Sequence record: OQ420740.1 | Length of the DNA stretch: 64,000 bases | Source of the DNA: Escherichia phage B9-1 | Strand: one strand, 5' to 3' | Made by a program: the position numbers and the translations under genes | Notes under the pieces: generated by a model | What the model was told of the DNA's origin: nothing | Seen by the model: only the letters and a program-made list of their open reading frames with translations | Databases searched by the model: none | Part shown: one piece after another, positions 37,653 through 45,656 of the stretch | Position numbering within the stretch: the first letter of the stretch is position 1 | Layout: every line of letters begins with the position of its first letter

Positions 37653-37820
37653 ATGATCCCTGGAAATGTAGCGATTAATGACGCTGAGGCTATCGCCCTG
37701 GTTGAAAAGGCTATGGCGGGAGCGTTGGAACATAAAGAAGAGTACGAAAAAATGATGGTTAACCTGGCAGGGCGGCGGCTGGAGAATTCTGCCCAAAAAA
37801 TAATTCTAACTAATGGTTGA
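37653..37820 (+). CDS. Small hypothetical protein (55 aa)
   Basis: ORF below track cutoff, MIPGNVAINDAEAIALVEKAMAGALEHKEEYEKMMVNLAGRRLENSAQKIILTNG; RBS GAGGAGG/AAAAGG upstream. Confidence 0.35.
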   Translation: MIPGNVAINDAEAIALVEKAMAGALEHKEEYEKMMVNLAGRRLENSAQKIILTNG

Positions 37821-37896
37821 CAGCTCGGATAGTTCTGTTATTCTTATCCTCGCAAGGTGAACAACACCACACTAATTAACAGAGAGGATAAAAATC

Positions 37897-38094
37897 ATGA
37901 ACGCCTACGGAATTAAAGTACGTCGCAACACTCGCCAGGCCGTCACCGATCAAATGATTTGCCAGGTGGACGTAACCATCAACAACGGGCAAGGCCTTTA
38001 TAAATTCCGTCGCGGTCAGAGCTACACCCGGCAACAGCTTAATCGTTGCGCCCTGACAAAAGGCCAGATCAACCACTGGTTTAATAAAAAATAA
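37897..38094 (+). CDS. Small basic protein (65 aa)
   Basis: Track ORF; RBS AGAGAGGA. Confidence 0.5.
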   Translation: MNAYGIKVRRNTRQAVTDQMICQVDVTINNGQGLYKFRRGQSYTRQQLNRCALTKGQINHWFNKK

Positions 38095-38097
38095 GTA

Positions 38098-38126
38098 TTG
38101 ACATACAGTCTGACACCAAATACACT
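38098..38126 (+). promoter_or_regulatory. sigma70-type promoter
   Basis: -35 TTGACA 38098-38103, 17-bp spacer, -10 TACACT 38121-38126. Confidence 0.5.
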
Positions 38127-38158
38127 AAAAGCACAAAAGACACTAAGAGGATAAAATC

Positions 38159-38557
38159 ATGAAAACCACTACCTTTAATTTTGATAATGCGGACTTTTCT
38201 TTTTCTGATGTCAAGAACTGCCGCCGTGATCGTGGATTTTACAAGGCTTATAATCTGGTGGGCCTGGACGATGACAATAATTTGCACGAAGTAGCTGAGA
38301 TCCGGTATTATGCCGCCGCCAGCGGGAACACTCAATACTGTGTTTTTTGGATTCACGACAACAAGAACAATAAGTACGGTTATACTGGCGGGAAGGCGAG
38401 CGGTCACGGTTACGATAAAGCTAATGCAGCACTTGAGAGCGCATTAAATGCTATGGGGATCACTGCCAACGGCTGGATCTATGAAGAAGAGTTTTTGTCG
38501 GCACTTGCTAACCACCTGGGCTATAAAAAGCACATTGTAACATGCGCCCACGAATAA
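38159..38557 (+). CDS. Hypothetical protein (132 aa)
   Basis: Track ORF; RBS AAGAGGA. Confidence 0.6.
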   Translation: MKTTTFNFDNADFSFSDVKNCRRDRGFYKAYNLVGLDDDNNLHEVAEIRYYAAASGNTQYCVFWIHDNKNNKYGYTGGKASGHGYDKANAALESALNAMGITANGWIYEEEFLSALANHLGYKKHIVTCAHE

Positions 38558-38563
38558 AAATTG

Positions 38564-38620
38564 TTGACACGCTGCAAAATTCAAGTAAACTAATCACAAA
38601 AGGCGGGAATGTTTCCCGCC
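38564..38620 (+). promoter_or_regulatory. sigma70-type promoter plus 5' leader hairpin
   Basis: -35 TTGACA 38564-38569; weak -10 TAAACT ~38586; hairpin GGCGGGAA-tg-TTTCCCGCC 38602-38620 then AACACAAAGGA and ATG 38640. Confidence 0.5.
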
Positions 38621-38639
38621 AACACAAAGGAAAAAGATC

Positions 38640-39044
38640 ATGAATAAGAACGTACGCCGCATCATGAATGAACTGGCAAACGATGAAAAAATTATTGACA
38701 TGCATTTGATCAACATTTGCCGCCGTTGTGTAACATATAACAACCGCGCCGCAAAAGCGCGTGAGATGAACGCAAAAGGCACCTTAAAGCCCTTCCAGGT
38801 GGTGGTAAAGGCCATTAAAGATGTAACTAATACGGCAAATCAGGTACAGGGGAACACCAACGAAAGTACCAATATTGATCCGGCTTACATCATGAAACGG
38901 ATCCGGACCTGCAAGAACAAAGAGCAGGTGTATAACGTCATAGACTGGTTGGATTCCATGGGCGACGTGGTGTACAATAGGTTTTCTGCAGCTATCGAGA
39001 TCCAGCTTGACAGGTTGGACGGTAAAGTACTGAAAACTTACTAA
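38640..39044 (+). CDS. Hypothetical protein (134 aa)
   Basis: Track ORF. Confidence 0.6.
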   Translation: MNKNVRRIMNELANDEKIIDMHLINICRRCVTYNNRAAKAREMNAKGTLKPFQVVVKAIKDVTNTANQVQGNTNESTNIDPAYIMKRIRTCKNKEQVYNVIDWLDSMGDVVYNRFSAAIEIQLDRLDGKVLKTY

Positions 39045-39093
39045 GTTTATTTTTAGATGGCCTTGACTACAGGGCCATCAATAAAGTAAACTA
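39043..39093 (+). repeat. Conserved ~45-bp intergenic element, copy 1
   Basis: TAAGTTTATTTTTAGATGGCCTTGACTACAGGGCCATCAATAAAGTAAACT, starting on the stop codon; internal hairpin GATGGCC...GGCCATC. Confidence 0.7.
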
Positions 39094-39123
39094 ATCTCAG
39101 TTAAGCGAAAAAGGGGCTTTAAG

Positions 39124-39243
39124 ATGAGCACTACACGCCAATACACAAAGGTAACTATTATCGCCTGCGTTGTCGGTTACATCCTGGCGCAAATGTTAAT
39201 GAGTAGCGCTAACAGTTTTGCAAAATTTTTCTTAAATTTTTAA
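39124..39243 (+). CDS. Small hydrophobic peptide (39 aa)
   Basis: ORF below track cutoff, MSTTRQYTKVTIIACVVGYILAQMLMSSANSFAKFFLNF; weak RBS. Confidence 0.25.
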   Translation: MSTTRQYTKVTIIACVVGYILAQMLMSSANSFAKFFLNF

Positions 39244-39271
39244 TTGACAAGCTAACCCAAATCAGTATACT
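39244..39271 (+). promoter_or_regulatory. sigma70-type promoter
   Basis: -35 TTGACA 39244-39249, 16-bp spacer, -10 TATACT 39266-39271; then leader hairpin GGGAAAACTTCCC 39285-39297. Confidence 0.6.
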
Positions 39272-39322
39272 TAAACACGTAAACGGGAAAACTTCCCAGA
39301 ACACACAAAAGGAGAAAACACC

Positions 39323-39664
39323 ATGACTACTATGACCGCCGCAGAAAAAGCTATTCAGGTTGCCGCACTGAAAAAACAGATCGCAGACCTTGAGAACAAG
39401 ATCGATAACTTTGAAATCGACGAGGACAAGTACGACGAAAACTATGATGAATGGTTAGACGAGGTCTACGGCGAAATCATGATCGGAAACATTTCTTTTC
39501 TTCCGTCGCGTATCCTCAAGGAGCTAGATCCTATCGCTTACCGCTGCGGATTTAGCGACTACATCGACAGCCTGGATATTGAGGACGATGAAGAGTACCA
39601 AGAATTGCAAACAGAGTTGGAAGAAGCAAAAGAAGAGCTTGCAGAACTGGAAGAAAACGAGTAA
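39323..39664 (+). CDS. Highly acidic coiled-coil-like protein (113 aa)
   Basis: Track ORF; RBS AAGGAGA; D/E-rich, e.g. DEDKYDENYDEWLDE and DIEDDEEYQELQTELEEAKEELAELEENE. Confidence 0.6.
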   Translation: MTTMTAAEKAIQVAALKKQIADLENKIDNFEIDEDKYDENYDEWLDEVYGEIMIGNISFLPSRILKELDPIAYRCGFSDYIDSLDIEDDEEYQELQTELEEAKEELAELEENE

Positions 39665-39713
39665 GTTTATTTTTAGATGGCCTTGACTCCAGGGCCATCA
39701 ATAAAGTAAACTT
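39663..39713 (+). repeat. Conserved ~45-bp intergenic element, copy 2
   Basis: TAAGTTTATTTTTAGATGGCCTTGACTCCAGGGCCATCAATAAAGTAAACT, starting on the stop codon. Confidence 0.7.
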
Positions 39714-39750
39714 TACACTGTTAACACTGAACTAATGAGGAGTTAAAACC

Positions 39751-39996
39751 ATGGCAGCACTAATCACCAAATACTATGCCCCTACCAACACCAAAAGCGC
39801 CCGGATCATGGTAAAAGGCTTCGGACGTAAAAAGGTTTACACCTGGGATTATTCCCTAGACATGGAAGACAACTACACCAACGCGATGACCGATTTTATT
39901 AACGAGCTGAATACGCGGATCTTAACAAATTATAAAATTACCGACATTGCTTATATAGGTGAAGGCGGGATCTGTTTTGTAGGCATTGTGAAATAG
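39751..39996 (+). CDS. Hypothetical protein (81 aa)
   Basis: Track ORF; RBS GAGGAG. Confidence 0.55.
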   Translation: MAALITKYYAPTNTKSARIMVKGFGRKKVYTWDYSLDMEDNYTNAMTDFINELNTRILTNYKITDIAYIGEGGICFVGIVK

Positions 39997-40047
39997 TTAT
40001 TTTTTCGGTGGTCCTGGTTGCAGGGCCATCTATAAAAATAATTTACT
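39997..40047 (+). repeat. Diverged copy of the ~45-bp intergenic element
   Basis: TTATTTTTTCGGTGGTCCTGGTTGCAGGGCCATCTATAAAAATAATTTAC, directly after a stop codon. Confidence 0.5.
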
Positions 40048-40071
40048 AACACCATGAAAGGAGAAAGTAAC

Positions 40072-40425
40072 ATGATCAGCGGTGCAAGTTTTATTATTGG
40101 CGCTATTGCTACGGCTTTAATTGTAAACAAGATCCAATCCAAAAACGAAAAAGAGAGCAACGCCCTTGCAGAATATCCATTTTGGACATTTAACGATAAC
40201 GAAGATTATATTATAAAGTATAAAAATAAAGAAGGTGACCAAGTAACACCGCGACCGATCCCGGCTTACAAGATGCAGGAAACACTATACCGCCTGGAGG
40301 CGGGGGGCGCAAAAATTGTGGACTTTTGGGGATACGATCACACAGATCAGGAAGTTATAAAGCGCCGTATCCGGGCTATTCAGGCCAATATTGAAGTTAG
40401 CAAGGGGGGAATATATGAAGATTAA
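40072..40425 (+). CDS. Putative membrane-anchored protein (~117 aa)
   Basis: Track ORF 40054..40425; ATG 40072 after RBS AGGAGA; N-terminal helix ISGASFIIGAIATALIV. Confidence 0.55.
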   Translation: MISGASFIIGAIATALIVNKIQSKNEKESNALAEYPFWTFNDNEDYIIKYKNKEGDQVTPRPIPAYKMQETLYRLEAGGAKIVDFWGYDHTDQEVIKRRIRAIQANIEVSKGGIYED

Positions 40426-40612
40426 TTTTGAGAAGATTGTAAAGCGATCTCATGATTCCGAAGAGCTGCCGGAACGCCGCCAGCGTAACAATAAACTGAA
40501 TAAGCCAAAAAGATTTGGAAAGATCTGGCGAAATCATTATGATCGTAAATTGCCTGGCCTACTTTTGGAACGTGAACGACAGGCAGAACGATACCGCCAT
40601 AAAGACAAATAA
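40415..40612 (+). CDS. Small basic protein (~65 aa)
   Basis: Track ORF 40391..40612; ATG 40415 after GGGGGGA preferred. Confidence 0.45.
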   Translation: MKINFEKIVKRSHDSEELPERRQRNNKLNKPKRFGKIWRNHYDRKLPGLLLERERQAERYRHKDK

Positions 40613-40620
40613 CAACCAAC

Positions 40621-40647
40621 GCCCCGCCATTGTGCGGGGCTTTTTAT
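40621..40647 (+). terminator. Intrinsic terminator
   Basis: GCCCCGC-cattgt-GCGGGGC then TTTTTATTT. Confidence 0.75.
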
Positions 40648-40793
40648 TTCTATCCTACGAATAGCGCCCCTGGTTGGCCCTATAAGCGCCAAAAAGGCCC
40701 CCACCTATGCAATCCCCTTTCTTAACCTGAAAACATCGCCCAGGGCCGTTTTATGGCGTTAAAAATATTATTGACAGTGATTTTATTTAAAGC

Positions 40794-40821
40794 TTGACAT
40801 CTTAAACAGGTTAGCTATACT
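40794..40821 (+). promoter_or_regulatory. sigma70-type promoter
   Basis: -35 TTGACA 40794-40799, 16-bp spacer, -10 TATACT 40816-40821. Confidence 0.6.
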
Positions 40822-40853
40822 AACCACATCAAAGAGAGAAAGGAGTAAACGCC

Positions 40854-41114
40854 ATGCGTAAATTAAAAAATTTTGATAAGGTTGATGTTGTCCTGAATAA
40901 TTTTTACTACTGCAACAACAAGGCCATTTGGTGGCGTGATAGTTCCACCGATAAAGTCAAGGCGCGCTTTCTCCAGGGGCACTGGCAAGGCCGCCCAGTG
41001 ATTAAAATCATGGGGCAATTGGTAGCGTTTAAAAATTGCCGCCGTGTTGATGACGTTGAAGAGATCTTGAACATTTTACGCCACAATAATTTAAAAAATA
41101 GTGTTGACAAGTAA
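40854..41114 (+). CDS. Hypothetical protein (86 aa)
   Basis: Track ORF; RBS AAGGAG. Confidence 0.6.
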   Translation: MRKLKNFDKVDVVLNNFYYCNNKAIWWRDSSTDKVKARFLQGHWQGRPVIKIMGQLVAFKNCRRVDDVEEILNILRHNNLKNSVDK

Positions 41115-41160
41115 ATCTCGATAAGTATAATTAAACACACAGGCGGGAAAACTTCCCGCC
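41104..41160 (+). promoter_or_regulatory. Near-consensus sigma70 promoter plus 5' leader hairpin
   Basis: -35 TTGACA 41104-41109, 16-bp spacer, -10 TATAAT 41126-41131; hairpin GGCGGGAA-aac-TTCCCGCC 41142-41160; RBS AGGAGA; ATG 41189. Confidence 0.7.
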
Positions 41161-41188
41161 ACTAACAAAGAAAACAGGAGAAAATATC

Positions 41189-41812
41189 ATGACCACCGTT
41201 AACATTACCACAGGTTACAATTTATCTTTCGACGTGCTGACCGACGAACAAAAAGAAAAAGCCGTTGAAATGGTCCGCGAAAGAGAAGAACACAGCGGGG
41301 ATAACTTTTTTGCAGAAAGTGTAATTGAATACTATAAAGAATATGTTTTTCCAGAGTATGGCCTTGAAGATACCGAAGTACATTGGTCCGGCTTTTGGTG
41401 CCAGGGTGACGGCGCGTCAATCAGTGCTGAAAACGTTGATTTAGAAAAATTCTTGCGTAAAGTCAAATCTCTGACTAAATTCCGCTCAATTCGTAACTTG
41501 TTCGGCACAATGCACGATGGCGAGCTATCTGCAAGTGTTGAGCGTGATCCATATAGCCGCCATAGTCACGAAAACACTGTAAGCGGGTACATTGATACTA
41601 CATGGCTAGACCTGACAGCCAAGCAAGAAAGTAAGGTTGAAGAGCTGGAAGAGCTGATCACCGAGACGGTACGGGAGCTATCCCGCAAGGTTTATGTAGA
41701 CCTGGAGGAGGCCTATCTTGAACAGTTTACTACCGAAAACCTGATCGGCCTTATTGAAGCCAATGATTGGCGGTTTAATGTGGATGAATATGGGGAGATG
41801 AGTTTTTCATAA
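41189..41812 (+). CDS. Hypothetical acidic protein (207 aa)
   Basis: Track ORF; largest gene in the island; no motif recognised. Confidence 0.65.
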   Translation: MTTVNITTGYNLSFDVLTDEQKEKAVEMVREREEHSGDNFFAESVIEYYKEYVFPEYGLEDTEVHWSGFWCQGDGASISAENVDLEKFLRKVKSLTKFRSIRNLFGTMHDGELSASVERDPYSRHSHENTVSGYIDTTWLDLTAKQESKVEELEELITETVRELSRKVYVDLEEAYLEQFTTENLIGLIEANDWRFNVDEYGEMSFS

Positions 41813-41820
41813 ATAAAGTG

Positions 41821-41877
41821 TTGCAATAATCTAAAAACCTGCTATATTAAAACTCAAGGGGCGAGATGACTTGCCCC
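41821..41877 (+). promoter_or_regulatory. sigma70-type promoter plus 5' leader hairpin
   Basis: -35 TTGCAA 41821-41826, 16-bp spacer, -10 TATATT 41843-41848; hairpin GGGGC-gagatgactt-GCCCC 41858-41877. Confidence 0.6.
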
Positions 41878-41901
41878 ACACAAAACAAAGAGGATAACAT
41901 C

Positions 41902-42282
41902 ATGAAAAACACCACCAAGGCTATTGACACCGTTATGTTTAACCTGGTTACATTCCGTGAAGATATGAAAGATCTTCCACGTGAAACAGTGTGCGACCAT
42001 ATCGAAAACTATCGCAAACTTATTAAAGAATTGCCATTAAAACGAGATCAGTACGCGGCTAACGCTATGCTTAACGCCATGATCAAAAAGATGATCCAGT
42101 GTGATTTAACTCTGGCCTATGATTATGCAGGTGGTCGTTTTGCAGTATACAATCAGCCCGTGCCTGGTATGAGCACCACCGAAGAATTGCACGCGCTCAA
42201 TCTAAAACAAGACGTGTGGGATAATATGCCCCGCGTGGTGGTGTGGGCAGAAAGCGGAAAGATTTACGGCGATAATTTTTAA
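41902..42282 (+). CDS. Hypothetical protein (~127 aa)
   Basis: Track ORF 41866..42282; ATG 41902 after RBS AAGAGGA preferred. Confidence 0.6.
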   Translation: MKNTTKAIDTVMFNLVTFREDMKDLPRETVCDHIENYRKLIKELPLKRDQYAANAMLNAMIKKMIQCDLTLAYDYAGGRFAVYNQPVPGMSTTEELHALNLKQDVWDNMPRVVVWAESGKIYGDNF

Positions 42283-42348
42283 TCAGGTAACAGGCGGCGG
42301 CATATTTGCCGCCCTATTGTTAAGAAGAATTGTAAGAGGGTACATAGA

Positions 42349-42720
42349 ATGGAATTTATTATTTTGGCTATATTAGTTGCCTTGTTTAACGCCTGGATCG
42401 CTGGCAAGATGGGCAGATCTGCCTTTTTATGGTTTATTATATCTATCTTCCTGGGAGTGGTTGCAACTATTGTATTGGTTATCCTTGCAATTGTTGATAA
42501 GGGGAATAATAGAAAGGGTAAAGTATTTTCAGACCTGTACGACGCTCAAACATTTGTCAACGCCTACTACAGCGATCTTCCAGTCTCCCTACGTTGCAGC
42601 CTTGCACAACAGGTTTTCGATGAAGCTAAAACCAGAGATCACGCCCATGAGATATGTTTAACTGAGGCGGATCGCCTATTTGAGAGGAATAGAAAATATG
42701 TGGACCAACCGTTTAAATAA
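42349..42720 (+). CDS. Putative membrane protein (123 aa)
   Basis: Track ORF; two hydrophobic helices near N-terminus. Confidence 0.6.
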   Translation: MEFIILAILVALFNAWIAGKMGRSAFLWFIISIFLGVVATIVLVILAIVDKGNNRKGKVFSDLYDAQTFVNAYYSDLPVSLRCSLAQQVFDEAKTRDHAHEICLTEADRLFERNRKYVDQPFK

Positions 42721-42770
42721 TGCCACGTTAATTAATCCCTTTAGTGAAGATTTGAAGCCAGCCGCCTGGC

Positions 42771-42956
42771 GTGATGGATTCAATAACGAAAGCTTTATTT
42801 TCAGGCCTGATCTTAAGGAATTTTATAACAATGGATCGAACAACGACAGAGATAATTTTTCTCGTAATGTGCGTGGCGATAATACTCCTGGGGGCCATTG
42901 CAAACCACGTCACTGCTAACAGGAGGGAAGGGGGAGACGATGACACCCAAGGATAA
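42771..42956 (+). CDS. Possible small membrane protein (61 aa); frame choice ambiguous
   Basis: Track ORF with hydrophobic segment IIFLVMCVAIILLGAIA; competing ORF 42680..42919 in another frame. Confidence 0.3.
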   Translation: MMDSITKALFSGLILRNFITMDRTTTEIIFLVMCVAIILLGAIANHVTANRREGGDDDTQG

Positions 42957-43059
42957 GCCCCGCACCGATAAGGCGCGCCGTGTTATGGTATGGCTTGAGA
43001 TCATCGCCCTTGAAATATTGTTAGGCGTAGGGATGTATTTTATCGCTGTAAGTAACTGA
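42940..43059 (+). CDS. Small membrane peptide (39 aa)
   Basis: ORF below track cutoff, MTPKDKPRTDKARRVMVWLEIIALEILLGVGMYFIAVSN; strong RBS AGGAGGGAAGGGGGAG; followed by terminator. Confidence 0.4.
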   Translation: MTPKDKPRTDKARRVMVWLEIIALEILLGVGMYFIAVSN

Positions 43060-43063
43060 TAAC

Positions 43064-43096
43064 GGCCCCCGATCCCTGGGGGCCTAACTTTTTAAA
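43064..43096 (+). terminator. Intrinsic terminator
   Basis: GGCCCCC-gatccct-GGGGGCC then TAACTTTTTAAATTTTTT. Confidence 0.75.
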
Positions 43097-43113
43097 TTTT
43101 TTCTCCCTGGGTG

Positions 43114-43165
43114 TTGCAATCCGATCCAGAATATGGATAATAACAATCAACGGGGAGCAATCCCC
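43114..43165 (+). promoter_or_regulatory. sigma70-type promoter plus 5' leader hairpin
   Basis: -35 TTGCAA 43114-43119, 16-bp spacer, -10 GATAAT 43136-43141; hairpin GGGGAGCAATCCCC 43152-43165 then ACCAACACAAAG. Confidence 0.6.
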
Positions 43166-43196
43166 ACCAACACAAAGACTAAAAAGGAGAAACAAA

Positions 43197-43397
43197 ATGA
43201 GCAACAATATCCGCGTTATTAACTTCAAAAAAGAAGAAAAAATTGCCGTGCTGATTGACGGTCAAGAAATCTTTAAAGGCGATTATGAAGATCATCAGGT
43301 AGCGATCAGTATTACCCGCGTGATTGGTTACCATAATTTTTACCCCCAAGGCGCTGAGGCAGCAGTAAAACGAATTAAAGAGATTGTAGGCCTGTAA
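43197..43397 (+). CDS. Hypothetical protein (66 aa)
   Basis: Track ORF; RBS AAGGAGA. Confidence 0.6.
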   Translation: MSNNIRVINFKKEEKIAVLIDGQEIFKGDYEDHQVAISITRVIGYHNFYPQGAEAAVKRIKEIVGL

Positions 43398-43399
43398 AA

Positions 43400-43444
43400 T
43401 TTATTTTTAGATGGCCTTGACTCCAGGGCCATCAATAAAGTAAA
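43400..43444 (+). repeat. Conserved ~45-bp intergenic element, copy 3
   Basis: TTTATTTTTAGATGGCCTTGACTCCAGGGCCATCAATAAAGTAAA, immediately after stop codon at 43395-43397. Confidence 0.7.
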
Positions 43445-43481
43445 TTTAAACCCTGTTAAAATAATCAGTGCAAAAGGAGTA

Positions 43482-43787
43482 ATGATCATGTTTATCCAGG
43501 CTAATAATCTTTATTTCTTTGATGGTCAGATCGTAGACGGCGTGGAGGTGGAAATCACCGGGTGCCCTGGCGGTCAGGTTATGACTTTTCGGAATAATGC
43601 CTTTGATGATTCTCATATCGTTATGAGAATGGAAGTTAGTAAGCTGGACGATAAGAAAACACTCATTGATTATTCCGTGAAAGATCATCCAGACTACCAC
43701 ATGATCTATGGCGATTTGTGCATTGTTGACCGTGACAAGGTGGGCGGCATTGTGATCGCTATTGTGAACGATGTTTTCTCTAAATAA
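43482..43787 (+). CDS. Hypothetical protein (101 aa)
   Basis: Track ORF; RBS AAGGAG; ATG 43488 equally possible. Confidence 0.6.
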   Translation: MIMFIQANNLYFFDGQIVDGVEVEITGCPGGQVMTFRNNAFDDSHIVMRMEVSKLDDKKTLIDYSVKDHPDYHMIYGDLCIVDRDKVGGIVIAIVNDVFSK

Positions 43788-43927
43788 TTCCGGCAAATGA
43801 TGCAAAATAAGGCCCCTGGCAGGGCCTGCAGCGATATAATCACATAAAGGCTATGCGGTTGCATGGCCTTTATTATTTTAGCGTTACAGCTGCCCCCAAG
43901 GCGCTTAAAAAATTTTTAAAGAAGTAC

Positions 43928-43955
43928 TTGCATCAAGTCCTACAATATGGATAAT
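43928..43955 (+). promoter_or_regulatory. sigma70-type promoter
   Basis: -35 TTGCAT 43928-43933, 16-bp spacer, -10 GATAAT 43950-43955; same ATATGGATAATAA block as the 43114 promoter. Confidence 0.55.
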
Positions 43956-44016
43956 AAAGGGTGTCGGGGGGCGGTGAGGCCTCCAATCATTAACCAGATA
44001 GATAGGAGTTAAAACC

Positions 44017-44301
44017 ATGGCTATTGTTACCGTTGGCGATGTAGTAGAAATGGAAGCCAAATACTTAAAAGCGGGTATGCATATCATACGGAATGATCAA
44101 GAATTGTTATTAACCATGGTTGAATATAATCCCGGTCAGGATTATCCTAGCGTTGACTACTTTTTCCAGTATGTTGATGAAGAATTAAAAGAGGATGAGG
44201 CTTATCAGGGTGAATTTTGCAATTTCTTTTGCTCTGACGAGGTTGTAAAAGTTATTTATCAACCTGGTGTACCTTTCCCGTTGCACGCCATCAATAAATA
44301 A
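44017..44301 (+). CDS. Hypothetical protein (94 aa)
   Basis: Track ORF; RBS TAGGAG. Confidence 0.6.
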   Translation: MAIVTVGDVVEMEAKYLKAGMHIIRNDQELLLTMVEYNPGQDYPSVDYFFQYVDEELKEDEAYQGEFCNFFCSDEVVKVIYQPGVPFPLHAINK

Positions 44302-44367
44302 GCCTGGCGGGGCCGAAAAGGCCCCTCCTGAAATTATGAAAAAAAAAATAAAGAGGGGTGAATCATC

Positions 44368-44604
44368 ATGATTGAACAAATTAAAAGCACTAAACCGAAC
44401 GTTAACGGCAATGTTTCTCACTTTATTGGTGATAATGAAAGAGGGACACCGTACGCTGCGGTAACAGTTCAACCGAACGGGGATTATTGGTTTACTGTAT
44501 ATGGATCTTATTCTTTTGGGCGTCCGGTGCATGATAGAATTTTAAAAGTAGCTAATCCGACCGGGAAGAATATCACAGCAGAAAAATTTTTTGAAAATAG
44601 TTGA
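44368..44604 (+). CDS. Hypothetical protein (78 aa)
   Basis: Track ORF; RBS AGAGGGG. Confidence 0.55.
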   Translation: MIEQIKSTKPNVNGNVSHFIGDNERGTPYAAVTVQPNGDYWFTVYGSYSFGRPVHDRILKVANPTGKNITAEKFFENS

Positions 44605-44651
44605 CATGACCGTATAAGACTGTAGTATATAAATCAAAGGGGGCAAGCCCC
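44601..44651 (+). promoter_or_regulatory. sigma70-type promoter (-35 overlaps upstream stop codon) plus leader hairpin
   Basis: -35 TTGACA 44601-44606, 16-bp spacer, -10 TAGTAT 44623-44628; hairpin GGGGGCAAGCCCC 44639-44651 then ACCAACCACAAAGAGGA. Confidence 0.55.
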
Positions 44652-44676
44652 ACCAACCACAAAGAGGATAAAAATC

Positions 44677-44856
44677 ATGGCTATTATTGCAAAGACCGAG
44701 ATTGTAGGGTTAGATTCTATTCTCCTGGCATATGAGGAGGCTATAGAAATGTATGTGGTTTCCTATGGTGAGTATATCCGTGAATATAAATCTATTGATC
44801 TAGCTTTTGAATGTTATATTCGCCAGGTCAATAAAGCATATGATGATTATCGTTAA
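44677..44856 (+). CDS. Small hypothetical protein (59 aa)
   Basis: ORF just below track cutoff, MAIIAKTEIVGLDSILLAYEEAIEMYVVSYGEYIREYKSIDLAFECYIRQVNKAYDDYR; preceded by promoter, hairpin and RBS AAGAGGA. Confidence 0.45.
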   Translation: MAIIAKTEIVGLDSILLAYEEAIEMYVVSYGEYIREYKSIDLAFECYIRQVNKAYDDYR

Positions 44857-44948
44857 AATAGTTTGACAACAAACAACACCGTCTAACAAAGCATAATACA
44901 TAAGGTGGTGGAATGGTCCGCCACCTGGAGCAAGAAGAGGAAAACAAG

Positions 44949-45053
44949 ATGAAACAGAAATTAATTGATGCGATGATCCTGGTTATTGCCCTGGGTATTG
45001 GCCTGATTGCAACCATGGCTAATATGATCTTGTCTTCCAACGGTATCGGATAA
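44949..45053 (+). CDS. Small membrane peptide (34 aa)
   Basis: ORF MKQKLIDAMILVIALGIGLIATMANMILSSNGIG; RBS AGAAGAGGA; preceded by hairpin GGTGGTGGAATGGTCCGCCACC. Confidence 0.3.
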   Translation: MKQKLIDAMILVIALGIGLIATMANMILSSNGIG

Positions 45054-45062
45054 GGTGGGCAA

Positions 45063-45278
45063 ATGATCACCAACAAAACAGGCAAAACAGAATTTTTACG
45101 CAACTTGCAGATCGGCAAGCCTGAGATCTGGTATTGCACTAAAACACCACGTGACGAAATGAAAGATTTTACCGCCACGCTGAAGCGGGTAAAGATATCT
45201 ATCACGCAGAAAAAAGCCTTGATAGTGGTTGAAGGTGAGATCCCTCAAGCCGTTGTTATAGTTGAGCGTACAGCATAG
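45063..45278 (+). CDS. Hypothetical protein (71 aa)
   Basis: Track ORF; RBS AAGGTGGG. Confidence 0.5.
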   Translation: MITNKTGKTEFLRNLQIGKPEIWYCTKTPRDEMKDFTATLKRVKISITQKKALIVVEGEIPQAVVIVERTA

Positions 45279-45369
45279 TTTAATTTATACAGATACCCGA
45301 AAATTAACCAACAAAGCATAAACAGGCGGTTACTGCCGCCTTAAACGTAGCAGAAAGAGGATAGACACA

Positions 45370-45654
45370 ATGAAAAAGATGATCGCAGTGGTTGCCCTGG
45401 TTGTTGGACTTAATGCGCCTGTAATGGCTAAAGAGTTGGCAAAAGAGGTAGATCTAACTGATATCCATGCCGTCAATCAAATCGGGGTTACTTATCGCCT
45501 ATGCCTTGCCGCAAAAACTTTTAAGGACGGCACTACAGAGTACTACGGATTCGAGGGCGTCCGGTGCGGTGAACTTGCTCGCGACCTTAAAGAAGATCCA
45601 GACCTGGAGGATCTGCCGATAACCGTAAACGGGAAAACTTACGTGAACCGTTAA
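45370..45654 (+). CDS. Small secreted protein with signal peptide (94 aa)
   Basis: Track ORF; N-terminus MKKMIAVVALVVGLNAPVMAKE; RBS AGAGGA; upstream hairpin GGCGGTTACTGCCGCC. Confidence 0.6.
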   Translation: MKKMIAVVALVVGLNAPVMAKELAKEVDLTDIHAVNQIGVTYRLCLAAKTFKDGTTEYYGFEGVRCGELARDLKEDPDLEDLPITVNGKTYVNR

Positions 45655-45656
45655 CC

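Noticed and set aside
37281-37796. Track ORFs 37281..37565 (+) and 37599..37796 (-)
   Set aside because: They run through the GC-rich repeated elements and give Pro/Cys/Gly-rich low-complexity translations with no RBS; treated as non-coding. A short plus-strand ORF with an RBS (37653..37820) is reported instead at low confidence.
39043-39093. Reading the 45-bp conserved element as a standard sigma70 promoter (TTGACT in the loop) or as an intrinsic terminator
   Set aside because: No acceptable -10 hexamer at 16-18 bp from TTGACT, and no U-tract after the hairpin; kept as an element of unknown function.
42680-42919. Alternative-frame ORF 42680..42919 (79 aa) overlapping 42771..42956
   Set aside because: Asn-rich low-complexity translation; the overlapping frame with a hydrophobic helix was preferred, but neither is secure.
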